A DNA stretch of 64,000 bases. Source: Candidatus Omnitrophota bacterium. Lineage in GTDB: Bacteria > Omnitrophota > Gorgyraeia > Zapsychrales > Fredricksoniimonadaceae. The position numbers and the translations under genes are program-made. The stretch lies in NCBI GenBank assembly GCA_015233675.1, contig JADFXH010000002.1:142794-206793 (forward strand), read 5' to 3'. Below, piece after piece: positions 9,000 to 17,044 of the stretch; the stretch's first letter is position 1, and every line of letters starts with the position of its first letter. Under the pieces are notes generated by a model. The model made no database searches and was not told the origin of the DNA. It saw only the letters and a program-made list of their open reading frames with translations.

Positions 9000-9239
9000 T
9001 CAGGGCACCACTATAGAAGTAACCCTTATGCTTTGATTATTCCTGATCACAGTGTCTGTTTGGATTGATTGATTAGGGTTGTTTGTAAATGGAGTCCCAC
9101 CGAGACTCGTGCCCATGACATGTTCCGGTATGGTGACAGAGACCCGCAATGAAACGCTTCCGGGTATTCGGCAAAATCCCGGTTCAGTTTGTATGAAGAG
9201 AAAGATTATTAGAGCGAGCAGGAAGAAAAGTTTAAGCAT
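9000..9239 (-). CDS. Small secreted beta-strand protein (79 aa), convergent with the fibre locus
   Basis: The ATG at 9239 is preceded by AAAGGAGGG, so the longer 9299 start in the ORF track is unlikely. N-terminal hydrophobic signal MLKLFFLLALIIFLFIQ. The mature part starts SVSLRVSVTIPE, like the starts of the 455-aa and 222-aa proteins. Confidence 0.4.
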   Translation of the reverse strand: MLKLFFLLALIIFLFIQTEPGFCRIPGSVSLRVSVTIPEHVMGTSLGGTPFTNNPNQSIQTDTVIRNNQSIRVTSIVVP

Positions 9240-9472
9240 TCCGCCCTCCTTTGTTGAGAGTTTGAACGTCTCGAAAAAGAGGACGAAATGCTTATTCACG
9301 AAACCACGATGAATATAAGGTCACGGCAACCAGACAGCCCTGCTTATCCCCAGATAAGGTTAGGCTCACGGCTTTGCGTCCTACTTTTTCAAGTAGTTTG
9401 CCTTTTTCGAGTTTTTAAAGAGCGTACTTCTAAAACCTAATTAAAATATAACATATATTTTCAGCCTTTGCC

Positions 9473-9514
9473 AATCATGTAAAGCAAATCATGTAAAGCA
9501 AATCATATAAAGCA
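9473..9514. repeat. Three tandem copies of a 14-bp unit (aatcatgtaaagca) ending 6 nt before the ATG at 9521
   Basis: Units at 9473-9486, 9487-9500 and 9501-9514. The third has one substitution (g to a). Confidence 0.85.
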
Positions 9515-9520
9515 AGATGT

Positions 9521-9802
9521 ATGAATGACTTAAGTCGTTATTATGAATGGATGAACATAAAGGCCGGGGAGTGGGAAGCAAAATGTGGCTGTTGTGGCTC
9601 CTGTTGCGGTGCTTTGGAAGATCCATGCGAACATCTCCATAAAAATCCTAACAGTAAGTTTTATTGCGCGGTATATGACCGGCGCTTTGGCAAATGGCAC
9701 ACCCTATCTGGTAAAGAGCTTAACTGTGTACCGATCCGCGAAAAAATTTCCCATGGTCATTCCTGGCCCGGGGATGAGCGGTGTGGTTATAAACAAAAAT
9801 AG
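9521..9802 (+). CDS. Small cysteine-cluster protein, YkgJ/UPF0153-like (CxxCxxCC zinc/iron-chelating motif)
   Basis: KCGCCGSCCG fits CxxCxxCC. Further Cys residues occur at CEHL, FYCAVYD, LNCVP and RCGY. No obvious RBS, so the start is uncertain. Confidence 0.5.
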   Translation: MNDLSRYYEWMNIKAGEWEAKCGCCGSCCGALEDPCEHLHKNPNSKFYCAVYDRRFGKWHTLSGKELNCVPIREKISHGHSWPGDERCGYKQK

Positions 9803-9944
9803 GGTGTTGAGAGAATTTATTCCCTCGCGTTTGTGGAGAGGTTTAGGGCGGGGCAACCCATAAATATTCATCATAAGAATAGAATTAGAAATTCTTTCTG
9901 TTAAAATTAATTTAAACAATAACGACTAAACTTAGTCAAATTTT

Positions 9945-10472
9945 ATGCAGAAACAGGGTTTTACGATTATTGAGCTGGTGATTGTTATTTCAGTGCTGGT
10001 GATTTTGATAGGCATTGCAATTCCCCGTATGAAGGGCATGCAGGATGCTGCATACATAGCTAAAGTCAAACACGAGTTGGCAACACTGCAGTCCGCTGTT
10101 GAGTCGTATTATGCGTTTTCTACGCCGCATACTTATCCTAATTCTAGTGCTGGCTATATGGCACAACCTGCTTTGATTAATGCATCACCACAAATAATTT
10201 CTACTTATCTCTATGACCCTTTTTGTTCTTCTTCAGTAAATTCTTGTTCAGGGCATTATCAGGAATACGGATATATAGGGCCAGACAATATTGGCGGCGC
10301 ACAATATTATGTTATTTGGTCAGTAGGGCCAGCAGCCCAACCGTCTTCTATGTGTGGCTTATATTCTGATGGTAGTGTAGCTTTATATAATGGTCCAAGC
10401 GGCCCCCCCACTTTATGCACTGCCGGTTCGCCCGGATGTCCCATTTGTGTTACTAATGGGAAAGGGTGCTAG
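9945..10472 (+). CDS. Type IV pilin / T2SS pseudopilin-like protein with a prepilin N-terminal methylation motif and a Cys-rich C-terminal domain
   Basis: MQKQGFTIIELVIVISVLVILIGIAIP is a class III signal (G|FTxxE plus a hydrophobic helix). The C-terminal half has 8 Cys. Confidence 0.85.
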   Translation: MQKQGFTIIELVIVISVLVILIGIAIPRMKGMQDAAYIAKVKHELATLQSAVESYYAFSTPHTYPNSSAGYMAQPALINASPQIISTYLYDPFCSSSVNSCSGHYQEYGYIGPDNIGGAQYYVIWSVGPAAQPSSMCGLYSDGSVALYNGPSGPPTLCTAGSPGCPICVTNGKGC

Positions 10473-10491
10473 TACAGGGTTATGGTGGAAA

Positions 10492-11958
10492 ATGAATATT
10501 AAGATACAAACACCATTGAAACTGTCTGTCCATAAAACAAAGATTGTTTGTACAATCGGACCGTCGTCGAGTTCTCCCTCCAGACTTGCGGGGATGATTG
10601 AAAGCGGGATGAGCGTGGCTCGCCTTAATTTTTCGCATGGGGATTTTAAGGAGCATGCGAAGAATATCCGTAATATTCGTATGGCCGCCTCTAAAGCCCG
10701 ACGCATGGTCAGCGTCATCATAGACCTTCCCGGTGTTAAAATACGTATAGGCCTCCTTCAAAATGAGTCTGTTATGCTTAAAAAAGGAGCAGGAGTAGTG
10801 CTTACAACAAGGGATGTTGCCGGCACACAGGCGCTTATTCCTGTTGAATATAAAAAGCTTCCTAAAAGCGTTTCAAGGGGAAATATTATTTTCCTTAATG
10901 ATGGGTTTATTCAGTTAAAAGTTGAGAAAGTTTCGGGCTGTGATATTTTTTGCAAGGTTTTAATAGGAGGGAAGCTCCGTTCTCATAAAGGGATTAATCT
11001 GCCCGGTGTGAAATTAAATATGGATCCCATCACAGACAGGGATTTGACAATAGTTGATTTTGGATTAAAGCACGGAGTTGATATTTTCGGGTTATCATTC
11101 GTTGAGAGCCCTAAGGATATTATTAAGGTGAGGGAATTTGCCAAAAAGAAAGGGCGTTCGGTTTATCTGGTGGCCAAGATCGAGCGCCGGGAAGCGATCG
11201 TGAATTTTGATGAGATCCTTAAAGTTGCGGACGCGGTCATGATCGCCCGTGGAGATCTTGGCGTGGAAATCCCCTTAGAAGAGGTGCCCGGCATTCAAAA
11301 ACGGCTTATTCAAAAAGCGAATATTATGGGACGGCCCGTTATAACCGCAACCCAAATGCTGGAGTCCATGACCCAAAATGTGCGTCCCACTCGCGCGGAA
11401 GTTAATGATGTGGCTAATGCCATTTTAGACGGGACAGATGCCGTCATGCTTTCGGAGGAAACAGCCATGGGGGATTTTCCCATCGAAACCGTGCGTATGA
11501 TGGCCAGAATTGCCCTGACCACTGAAGGTCAACGTGAAGAAGGGCAATTATCTGATAATGAAGAAATGCAGATCAATAATAAGGTGTCTTTAAGCCGTTC
11601 TCTGACGATCACTGATGTCACATCGTTAAATGCCGCTCGGGCTTCCCGGGAAATGGATGCCAGGTATATATTGACACCGACGGCCAGTGGGAATACTGCT
11701 CGTCGTGTTTCAAGATTCAAACCGCATTGTTGGGTGTTGGCTTTTAGCGCCCACTCTCAGGTTTGTGAATTCCTTAATTTTTCTTATGGGGTACAGCCAT
11801 TTATCCTAAGCAAGAAATTTACTCTTGATCCGCACAAGTTATTCAAAAATCTTTTAAATTGGCATCTCCTTAAAAAAGGCGACACCCTGATTTTGACCGA
11901 ACGCAGATTGTCTCTTCATCAGGGAGGGACGGATTCATTGGGGATAGTCACATTATAA
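10492..11958 (+). CDS. pyk: Pyruvate kinase
   Basis: KIVCTIGPSS, RLNFSHG, MIARGDLGVEIP and a C-terminal regulatory domain. I use the ATG at 10492 (MNIKIQ...) because the 10390 ORF start overlaps the pilin gene. Confidence 0.9.
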   Translation: MNIKIQTPLKLSVHKTKIVCTIGPSSSSPSRLAGMIESGMSVARLNFSHGDFKEHAKNIRNIRMAASKARRMVSVIIDLPGVKIRIGLLQNESVMLKKGAGVVLTTRDVAGTQALIPVEYKKLPKSVSRGNIIFLNDGFIQLKVEKVSGCDIFCKVLIGGKLRSHKGINLPGVKLNMDPITDRDLTIVDFGLKHGVDIFGLSFVESPKDIIKVREFAKKKGRSVYLVAKIERREAIVNFDEILKVADAVMIARGDLGVEIPLEEVPGIQKRLIQKANIMGRPVITATQMLESMTQNVRPTRAEVNDVANAILDGTDAVMLSEETAMGDFPIETVRMMARIALTTEGQREEGQLSDNEEMQINNKVSLSRSLTITDVTSLNAARASREMDARYILTPTASGNTARRVSRFKPHCWVLAFSAHSQVCEFLNFSYGVQPFILSKKFTLDPHKLFKNLLNWHLLKKGDTLILTERRLSLHQGGTDSLGIVTL

Positions 11959-13814
11959 TCAGGCTTTGCGTCCATGCGTTGATCAATCACTTGCTCGAAA
12001 TATGAAAACATGTGCTGGCGCACCTTGTCTTTAAGAGGCGAATTGTCCCATTGAAAATTCATCCGGTGCACGTTCCCGGAGAGGCTAAATTCAATTGGAA
12101 GCGTCCAAGCCCCATGGACCAGGCTTATGATTTCGCGGCCGACGAGAGATTCTTTGAGAAGCTTTTTAGAGAAGCGTACGGAAATCCGGCTTGAAACCAG
12201 GTCATCCGCATCAAGATTAAAAAACCCGTTTAAATCAAGATCATCCGAATGCAGTGTTAGTTTGTCCAGCATTTTTGATTGCCTGTCTATTTTAAAATGA
12301 CAGGATAAATTAGTATTAGGGGAATGGACCAAAGAAGGCATTTGTAATACTTTTGCCATCCATTTTTGGAAAGACGAAGTGTCAAAATTGCCGTCATGTA
12401 TTGCCATGTCACCTGTAAGCCCGGCATTTTTGAATGACTGAAACATGAAACTGCCGGATAAAAGACCGTGGCATCCCGTAAGGTAAGAAAATGTGCTGCT
12501 TAATAGGTTAATGTCTATCCCCTTGAAGCTGCCTTGACTTTTGATTTGCCACGGGAATGAAGCAGTATCCAGGAAAATCCTGCCCTGGCAATGTCCTGTG
12601 AGAATCCCGGAAGATAGAGTAATATTTTTCCGATAAGGTTTGGAATAATTAAGGCTGGCCCAAAGATCACTAAGAGAGATTTTATATTTATTGCCTTGGG
12701 CTGAAAAGATGCTTTGCATGTGTTGTATTCTTAATTTTAGAAAATCACCGTTGACGATCAGCGCTTTTAAATTTTCGAAATCTAAATGCACTTTTTGTAA
12801 AGAGGGGGGATGCCCCAAAACAGAAAGAAAATTAAGATCACTTTGCCCTGTAAGAAAAAGGCCTTGCAGGGTGTTTTGGGCATGAAAATTCAGGTTGATA
12901 CTTTCTAAAGGTTTTTGCGGATCAATATGCGGGGGGACCCTTCTATAAGTAATGTCGGCATCACATTGGAAAAGATTTTGTTTTAGACAATGCCCGGAGG
13001 CTTCAACCGCGTCCCCGTCAATTGAAAAAGATAATCCTTTAAGGATTATATCATTTCTTTCTATTTTTAAATGCCCGTCGATATCAAGGATATAGAATTT
13101 TTCATAAAAAATATACCCTTTCCAGTCGATATTACCTCCAGACAATTTGCCCCAAAGGTTTAAGGAGGAGTTGCCCTCTCTTAAAGTAAGTTTATCCAAA
13201 TCAAAACCGGAGTCACGGATGTTTCCATCGAGTTCATAATCAAACCTGTCTTTATCGGTCCAGAATCCGTGAGCGTTTAGGTGGGCCTGATCAAGACTAA
13301 AATCAGTTTTAAAGGCAATAGGATCTTCAGGGGATGGGCCTTTCAGGTAAATTTTTCCGTCAGGCACAAAAAGACGGATGTTCCATTCTGGCAGAGGTTT
13401 GATGCGTGTATATATTTTCTTGCCATGATGGGCCCAATAATTTTTCAGTACCGGATAATTGACTGACAGGTTAACCATGACGATGTAATTAACAGGAGCA
13501 GGTGATGAAAATAAAAGGGAAGGAAATTTCATAATTACCCTGGAGGCTTGCAACATAGGGGGGCTTTCTTCAGGATTAAGTATTTTAACGTTTTTAAAAA
13601 TAATGCAATTGGGGAAAAGGTAATGGGCTTCTCCAAAATATATTTTGGCCTGAAATTGCCGGGCGATCAAATTAGAGTAAGAAAGGGCATAATCAGGAAG
13701 CCAGCGGTTGATGCGGGAAGAAAAAACTGCTGCCATCGCGGAGATTATCAAAATGATAAGGATCACGTATTTCCATTTAAAAAGGCACCTCTGTAAATAG
13801 TTCGCCATTAACAT
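11919..13814 (-). CDS. Membrane-anchored large periplasmic protein, AsmA-like
   Basis: A single N-terminal TM (KYVILIILIISAMAAVFS) is followed by a long beta-rich region. The N-terminal pattern AKIYFGEAHYLFPNCIIFKNVKI resembles AsmA/DUF748-type proteins. The assignment is weak. Confidence 0.4.
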   Translation of the reverse strand: MLMANYLQRCLFKWKYVILIILIISAMAAVFSSRINRWLPDYALSYSNLIARQFQAKIYFGEAHYLFPNCIIFKNVKILNPEESPPMLQASRVIMKFPSLLFSSPAPVNYIVMVNLSVNYPVLKNYWAHHGKKIYTRIKPLPEWNIRLFVPDGKIYLKGPSPEDPIAFKTDFSLDQAHLNAHGFWTDKDRFDYELDGNIRDSGFDLDKLTLREGNSSLNLWGKLSGGNIDWKGYIFYEKFYILDIDGHLKIERNDIILKGLSFSIDGDAVEASGHCLKQNLFQCDADITYRRVPPHIDPQKPLESINLNFHAQNTLQGLFLTGQSDLNFLSVLGHPPSLQKVHLDFENLKALIVNGDFLKLRIQHMQSIFSAQGNKYKISLSDLWASLNYSKPYRKNITLSSGILTGHCQGRIFLDTASFPWQIKSQGSFKGIDINLLSSTFSYLTGCHGLLSGSFMFQSFKNAGLTGDMAIHDGNFDTSSFQKWMAKVLQMPSLVHSPNTNLSCHFKIDRQSKMLDKLTLHSDDLDLNGFFNLDADDLVSSRISVRFSKKLLKESLVGREIISLVHGAWTLPIEFSLSGNVHRMNFQWDNSPLKDKVRQHMFSYFEQVIDQRMDAKPDYNVTIPNESVPP

Positions 13815-14307
13815 AAAGTTCTACTTTGTTGATGTAAGAGACCAGTTTGTGTTTACGCTGAAAACCCGAAAGGAACTTAAAGGATTTTTTGTCATTAAAG
13901 ATAAACGTAAGCTGACGGAAAGAAGCCGCCTTGTTGTGGTATTCTTTTATGGATTCAGGCCGTTTTTGGATTTGGGCTATTTTATAGAGGTAAGCCAAAG
14001 CGATCAGGGCCTCTTGGTGGCGTGGGTAGGTGGCATAAAAACTTTTAAACTCATCAGAAGCCATTTGCAGATTGTTCTGTAAGAAATAATATTCTCCCTG
14101 TGCAAATTTTGCGGTTAGCGCATAACGGGAGTTGGGATAATCATCAAGGATGGTGCGAAAATTCATGAAGGCAAAATCATACTCTCCCTGTTTGGCGAGA
14201 CCAACAGCTTCTTTCCATTCAAGGTCCGCCTCCGAGGCTTTAACACAAGGTACACAAAAACAACCCTGCAACAACAATGAAAGAATAATAACGTACAGCT
14301 TCATCAA
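13777..14307 (-). CDS. TPR-repeat lipoprotein (BamD/YbgF-like)
   Basis: Signal peptide with lipobox-like LLQGC. Repeated ...DYPNSRYALTAKFAQGEYYF... / ...TYPRHQEALIALAYLY... motifs are typical of BamD/CpoB-type TPR proteins. Confidence 0.45.
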   Translation of the reverse strand: MMKLYVIILSLLLQGCFCVPCVKASEADLEWKEAVGLAKQGEYDFAFMNFRTILDDYPNSRYALTAKFAQGEYYFLQNNLQMASDEFKSFYATYPRHQEALIALAYLYKIAQIQKRPESIKEYHNKAASFRQLTFIFNDKKSFKFLSGFQRKHKLVSYINKVELYVNGELFTEVPF

Positions 14308-14369
14308 TTAAAGTATATCCTATATTGATAGAACTGCAAGTCGGAGCCAACTGGGGATGGCGGGGGAAT

Positions 14370-15659
14370 TTATTCTGAAAAGTTAAGTTTTTTGACCGTA
14401 AAATAGGTCAGGGTGAAAACGCCTGCTTCAATGATCGCGGTGGCTATGGCCGCTCCTACGTAAGAAAAAGAACAAATAAGAATAATAATCAGAGGCAGGC
14501 CAACGGCCGCCATGGTGATGTGTATTTTTGAGTAAGCTTCGGTTTTTCCGCAAACCAAAAGAAATTGTACCCGAAAAGCGTTCGAGCTGATAAAAAAAAC
14601 AGCAATGAGCAGGAATCTCAAGGATAGTATTGCCGCCGGATAAGCTCCGCCGCAGACAAGTTTTACAATAACCGGTGCTAGAATAAAGATAAGGGGCAGG
14701 AAGATCAAAGAGATAATGACCGTTATCAGTTGGATCTGTCCCATAATTTTAAAAGCCTTCAATTTATTTTTATGGAATATATTGCTTAAGCGCGGGAAAA
14801 TCGCCTGGGTGAAAGAATATAAAGGGAATGTCTGTACCGCGTTGGCAATTTTATCGGCAATGGAATAAAATCCTGTCAGGGTATTATTGGTCAAAAGCCC
14901 CACCGCAAAGACGCGGGTGGTTGTATAAGCGTTAATGGCAAGTACGGAAATAAAAACATTCCATCCGGCCTGCAGTTGTTGGTGCAGATCTTTTAGTTTG
15001 GGCAGTTTAAATGGTACATTAAAGCGGGTAAAAAGAACATATTGTCCCAAAATTCCGGTGGTGAGCGCTGACAGCGATGTGATGGCCGGTACCAACAAAT
15101 AGTCGTTTGGCTTATGGATCAAAATAAAAATACCGAAGGCAAAGGCAAATTCACCGATGATATTGATTTTGGCGGTGTATTTCATGCTTTCCGAACCCTG
15201 AAAAAACCATGAGGGGAAAAGGCTGTTGCCTATGACCGTGCCAAAGCTTAGCGCGTAGATCATCCAGTCACTTCTGAATTTGGGGACAAAATAAAGGATG
15301 AGGCAAAGTATCAGCATGCAGAAAAAAATCAGTATGGTCTTTATGGTCATGACGGCGGGGATCACGTTATGGACTTTCTTTTTATTCTCAAGACAGAGAG
15401 AAATTTCTTTGGTCGCCGAAACGCTAAAGCCGTAATCAGTGATGATCATAAAATATTGTACAAATGCCTGCGCGAAAGCAATCAGGCCGAATTTTTCCGG
15501 CCCGATCACTCTAAACAGATAAGGCAGGATGATGAGCGGGAAAAAATAGGTGACAACCTGCAGCCATGAAAGCGAAGTTACATTATGCAAAACTCTCGAG
15601 CCTTCAAGGGGGTCTACCATCCTATAAGTTTTTTGGATCAATCTAATAAGAGAAGGCAT
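14370..15659 (-). CDS. Polysaccharide/oligosaccharide flippase (MOP superfamily, Wzx-like)
   Basis: 429 aa with a hydrophobic profile of about 12 TM segments. The length and loop pattern are typical of Wzx flippases. Confidence 0.6.
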   Translation of the reverse strand: MPSLIRLIQKTYRMVDPLEGSRVLHNVTSLSWLQVVTYFFPLIILPYLFRVIGPEKFGLIAFAQAFVQYFMIITDYGFSVSATKEISLCLENKKKVHNVIPAVMTIKTILIFFCMLILCLILYFVPKFRSDWMIYALSFGTVIGNSLFPSWFFQGSESMKYTAKINIIGEFAFAFGIFILIHKPNDYLLVPAITSLSALTTGILGQYVLFTRFNVPFKLPKLKDLHQQLQAGWNVFISVLAINAYTTTRVFAVGLLTNNTLTGFYSIADKIANAVQTFPLYSFTQAIFPRLSNIFHKNKLKAFKIMGQIQLITVIISLIFLPLIFILAPVIVKLVCGGAYPAAILSLRFLLIAVFFISSNAFRVQFLLVCGKTEAYSKIHITMAAVGLPLIIILICSFSYVGAAIATAIIEAGVFTLTYFTVKKLNFSE

Positions 15660-15738
15660 GGGATTAATTTACTCTTTTGTTGATGTTAATTAAACATATT
15701 TTTTAAAGATTTGTATTTTGTGATGGTATAATTTTGTC

Positions 15739-16956
15739 ATGATCCAGTTTCCAAATAATTTTTATTGGGGAGCCGCGACATCCTCTTATCAGGTGGAAGG
15801 CAATAATGTCAATGCGGATTGGTGGCCATGGGAAATTCTTGCGGGAAAAGAAAAGTCCGGTCCGGCCTGCCGCCACTATGAATTTTACGAGCAGGATTTT
15901 GATCTGGCCAAAAGCTTAAATCATAATGCCCACCGCCTTTCTATCGAATGGAGCCGTATTGAACCCAAAGAAGGAGAATTCTCTGGGCAAGCAGTACAGC
16001 ACTACATTGATGTGATCAAGGCCTTGCGCTCGCGGGGCATAGAACCCATGGTGACCTTGCATCATTTTACCAATCCGATTTGGTTTAGTGACTCAGGCGG
16101 TTGGGTTGATCCCGGTAGTGTTAAGCGTTTTTTGCGTTACTGTGATGTTGTCACCCGGGCACTGGCGCCGCATGTTCACTTTTGGTTTACTATCAATGAG
16201 CCTACGATTTATTTTTCACATGCATATCTCTGGGGAATGTGGCCGCCGCAGGCCAGGTCATTTTTAAAGACCCGGTCAGTTCGTGATAATATGGTTGATG
16301 CGCATATCGGCGTTTACCGCTTGATGCATAAAATTTATAAAGAGTTGAACATCCCCTCGCCTTCTGTCAGTTTCGCCCATCATATGCAGGCCATCGTTGG
16401 CTGCGACCAAGGACTGAAAAACCGGCTGGCCGTGGCGATGAGGGTGCAATTGTATAATTTGGAGATACTGGACCATTTAACTAAGGCTAAAGCCCTTGAT
16501 TTTATTGGAGTTAATTATTATTCAAGGCATCTGGTGGATGTGCATAGCTGGTGGATCGGCGATTTGCTGATGCAAACTTGCAAAGATAATCATCATCCGC
16601 TCAAGAAGAATTTTTTAGGCTGGGATATTTATCCGGAAGGGCTAGCTCTGGTGCTTTTAAGTCTTAAAAAATATAATTTGCCGGTGATTATTGCGGAAAA
16701 CGGCATTTGCACGACGGATGATAACGAACGTTGGGAATATATCCAAAGCCATCTAAGGAATGTCCACCGGGCGATGAGCCAAGGGGTCAATGTCGCGGGA
16801 TATCTTTATTGGTCTTTGATGGACAACTTTGAGTGGGCCTATGGCTATGCCCCCAGATTCGGGCTGATAGAGATTGATTATAACACGCATCTAAGGACCG
16901 TCAGGGAAAGCGCCAAAAAATACGCCGATGTCTGCCGAACAGGTGCGGTAACTTAG
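15739..16956 (+). CDS. Glycoside hydrolase family 1 beta-glucosidase
   Basis: FPNNFYWGAATSSYQVEG, TLHHFTNP, INEP (acid/base) and IAENG (nucleophile). Confidence 0.9.
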   Translation: MIQFPNNFYWGAATSSYQVEGNNVNADWWPWEILAGKEKSGPACRHYEFYEQDFDLAKSLNHNAHRLSIEWSRIEPKEGEFSGQAVQHYIDVIKALRSRGIEPMVTLHHFTNPIWFSDSGGWVDPGSVKRFLRYCDVVTRALAPHVHFWFTINEPTIYFSHAYLWGMWPPQARSFLKTRSVRDNMVDAHIGVYRLMHKIYKELNIPSPSVSFAHHMQAIVGCDQGLKNRLAVAMRVQLYNLEILDHLTKAKALDFIGVNYYSRHLVDVHSWWIGDLLMQTCKDNHHPLKKNFLGWDIYPEGLALVLLSLKKYNLPVIIAENGICTTDDNERWEYIQSHLRNVHRAMSQGVNVAGYLYWSLMDNFEWAYGYAPRFGLIEIDYNTHLRTVRESAKKYADVCRTGAVT

Positions 16957-17044
16957 GTAAGTTGTTTAACCACCGTTATTTTAGTCCGTCGAAAAAAAAT
17001 AAAATCTCCGTTGACTGTCCTGTTAATTGTTATAAAGTTATAGT

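Noticed and set aside
9300-9440. An SRP (4.5S) RNA-like hairpin on the minus strand (AGCC-UAAC-CUUAUC-UGGG-GAUAAG-CAG-GGCU)
   Set aside because: It contains an AGCAGG string reminiscent of SRP domain IV. However, the loop is UGGG rather than GNRA, and the conserved 5'-side CAGG/GGUC nucleotides are missing. It is more likely the leader or promoter region of the small minus-strand gene. A cmscan against Rfam would settle it.
9585-9919. ORFs 9585-9863 (+) and 9704-9919 (-) overlapping the CxxCxxCC gene
   Set aside because: They are alternative frames of the same region with no motifs or RBS. The Cys-cluster frame has the recognisable family motif.
10390-10491. The N-terminal extension of the pyruvate kinase ORF (start at 10390)
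   Set aside because: It overlaps the 3' end of the pilin gene in another frame. The conserved PK sequence begins right after the ATG at 10492.
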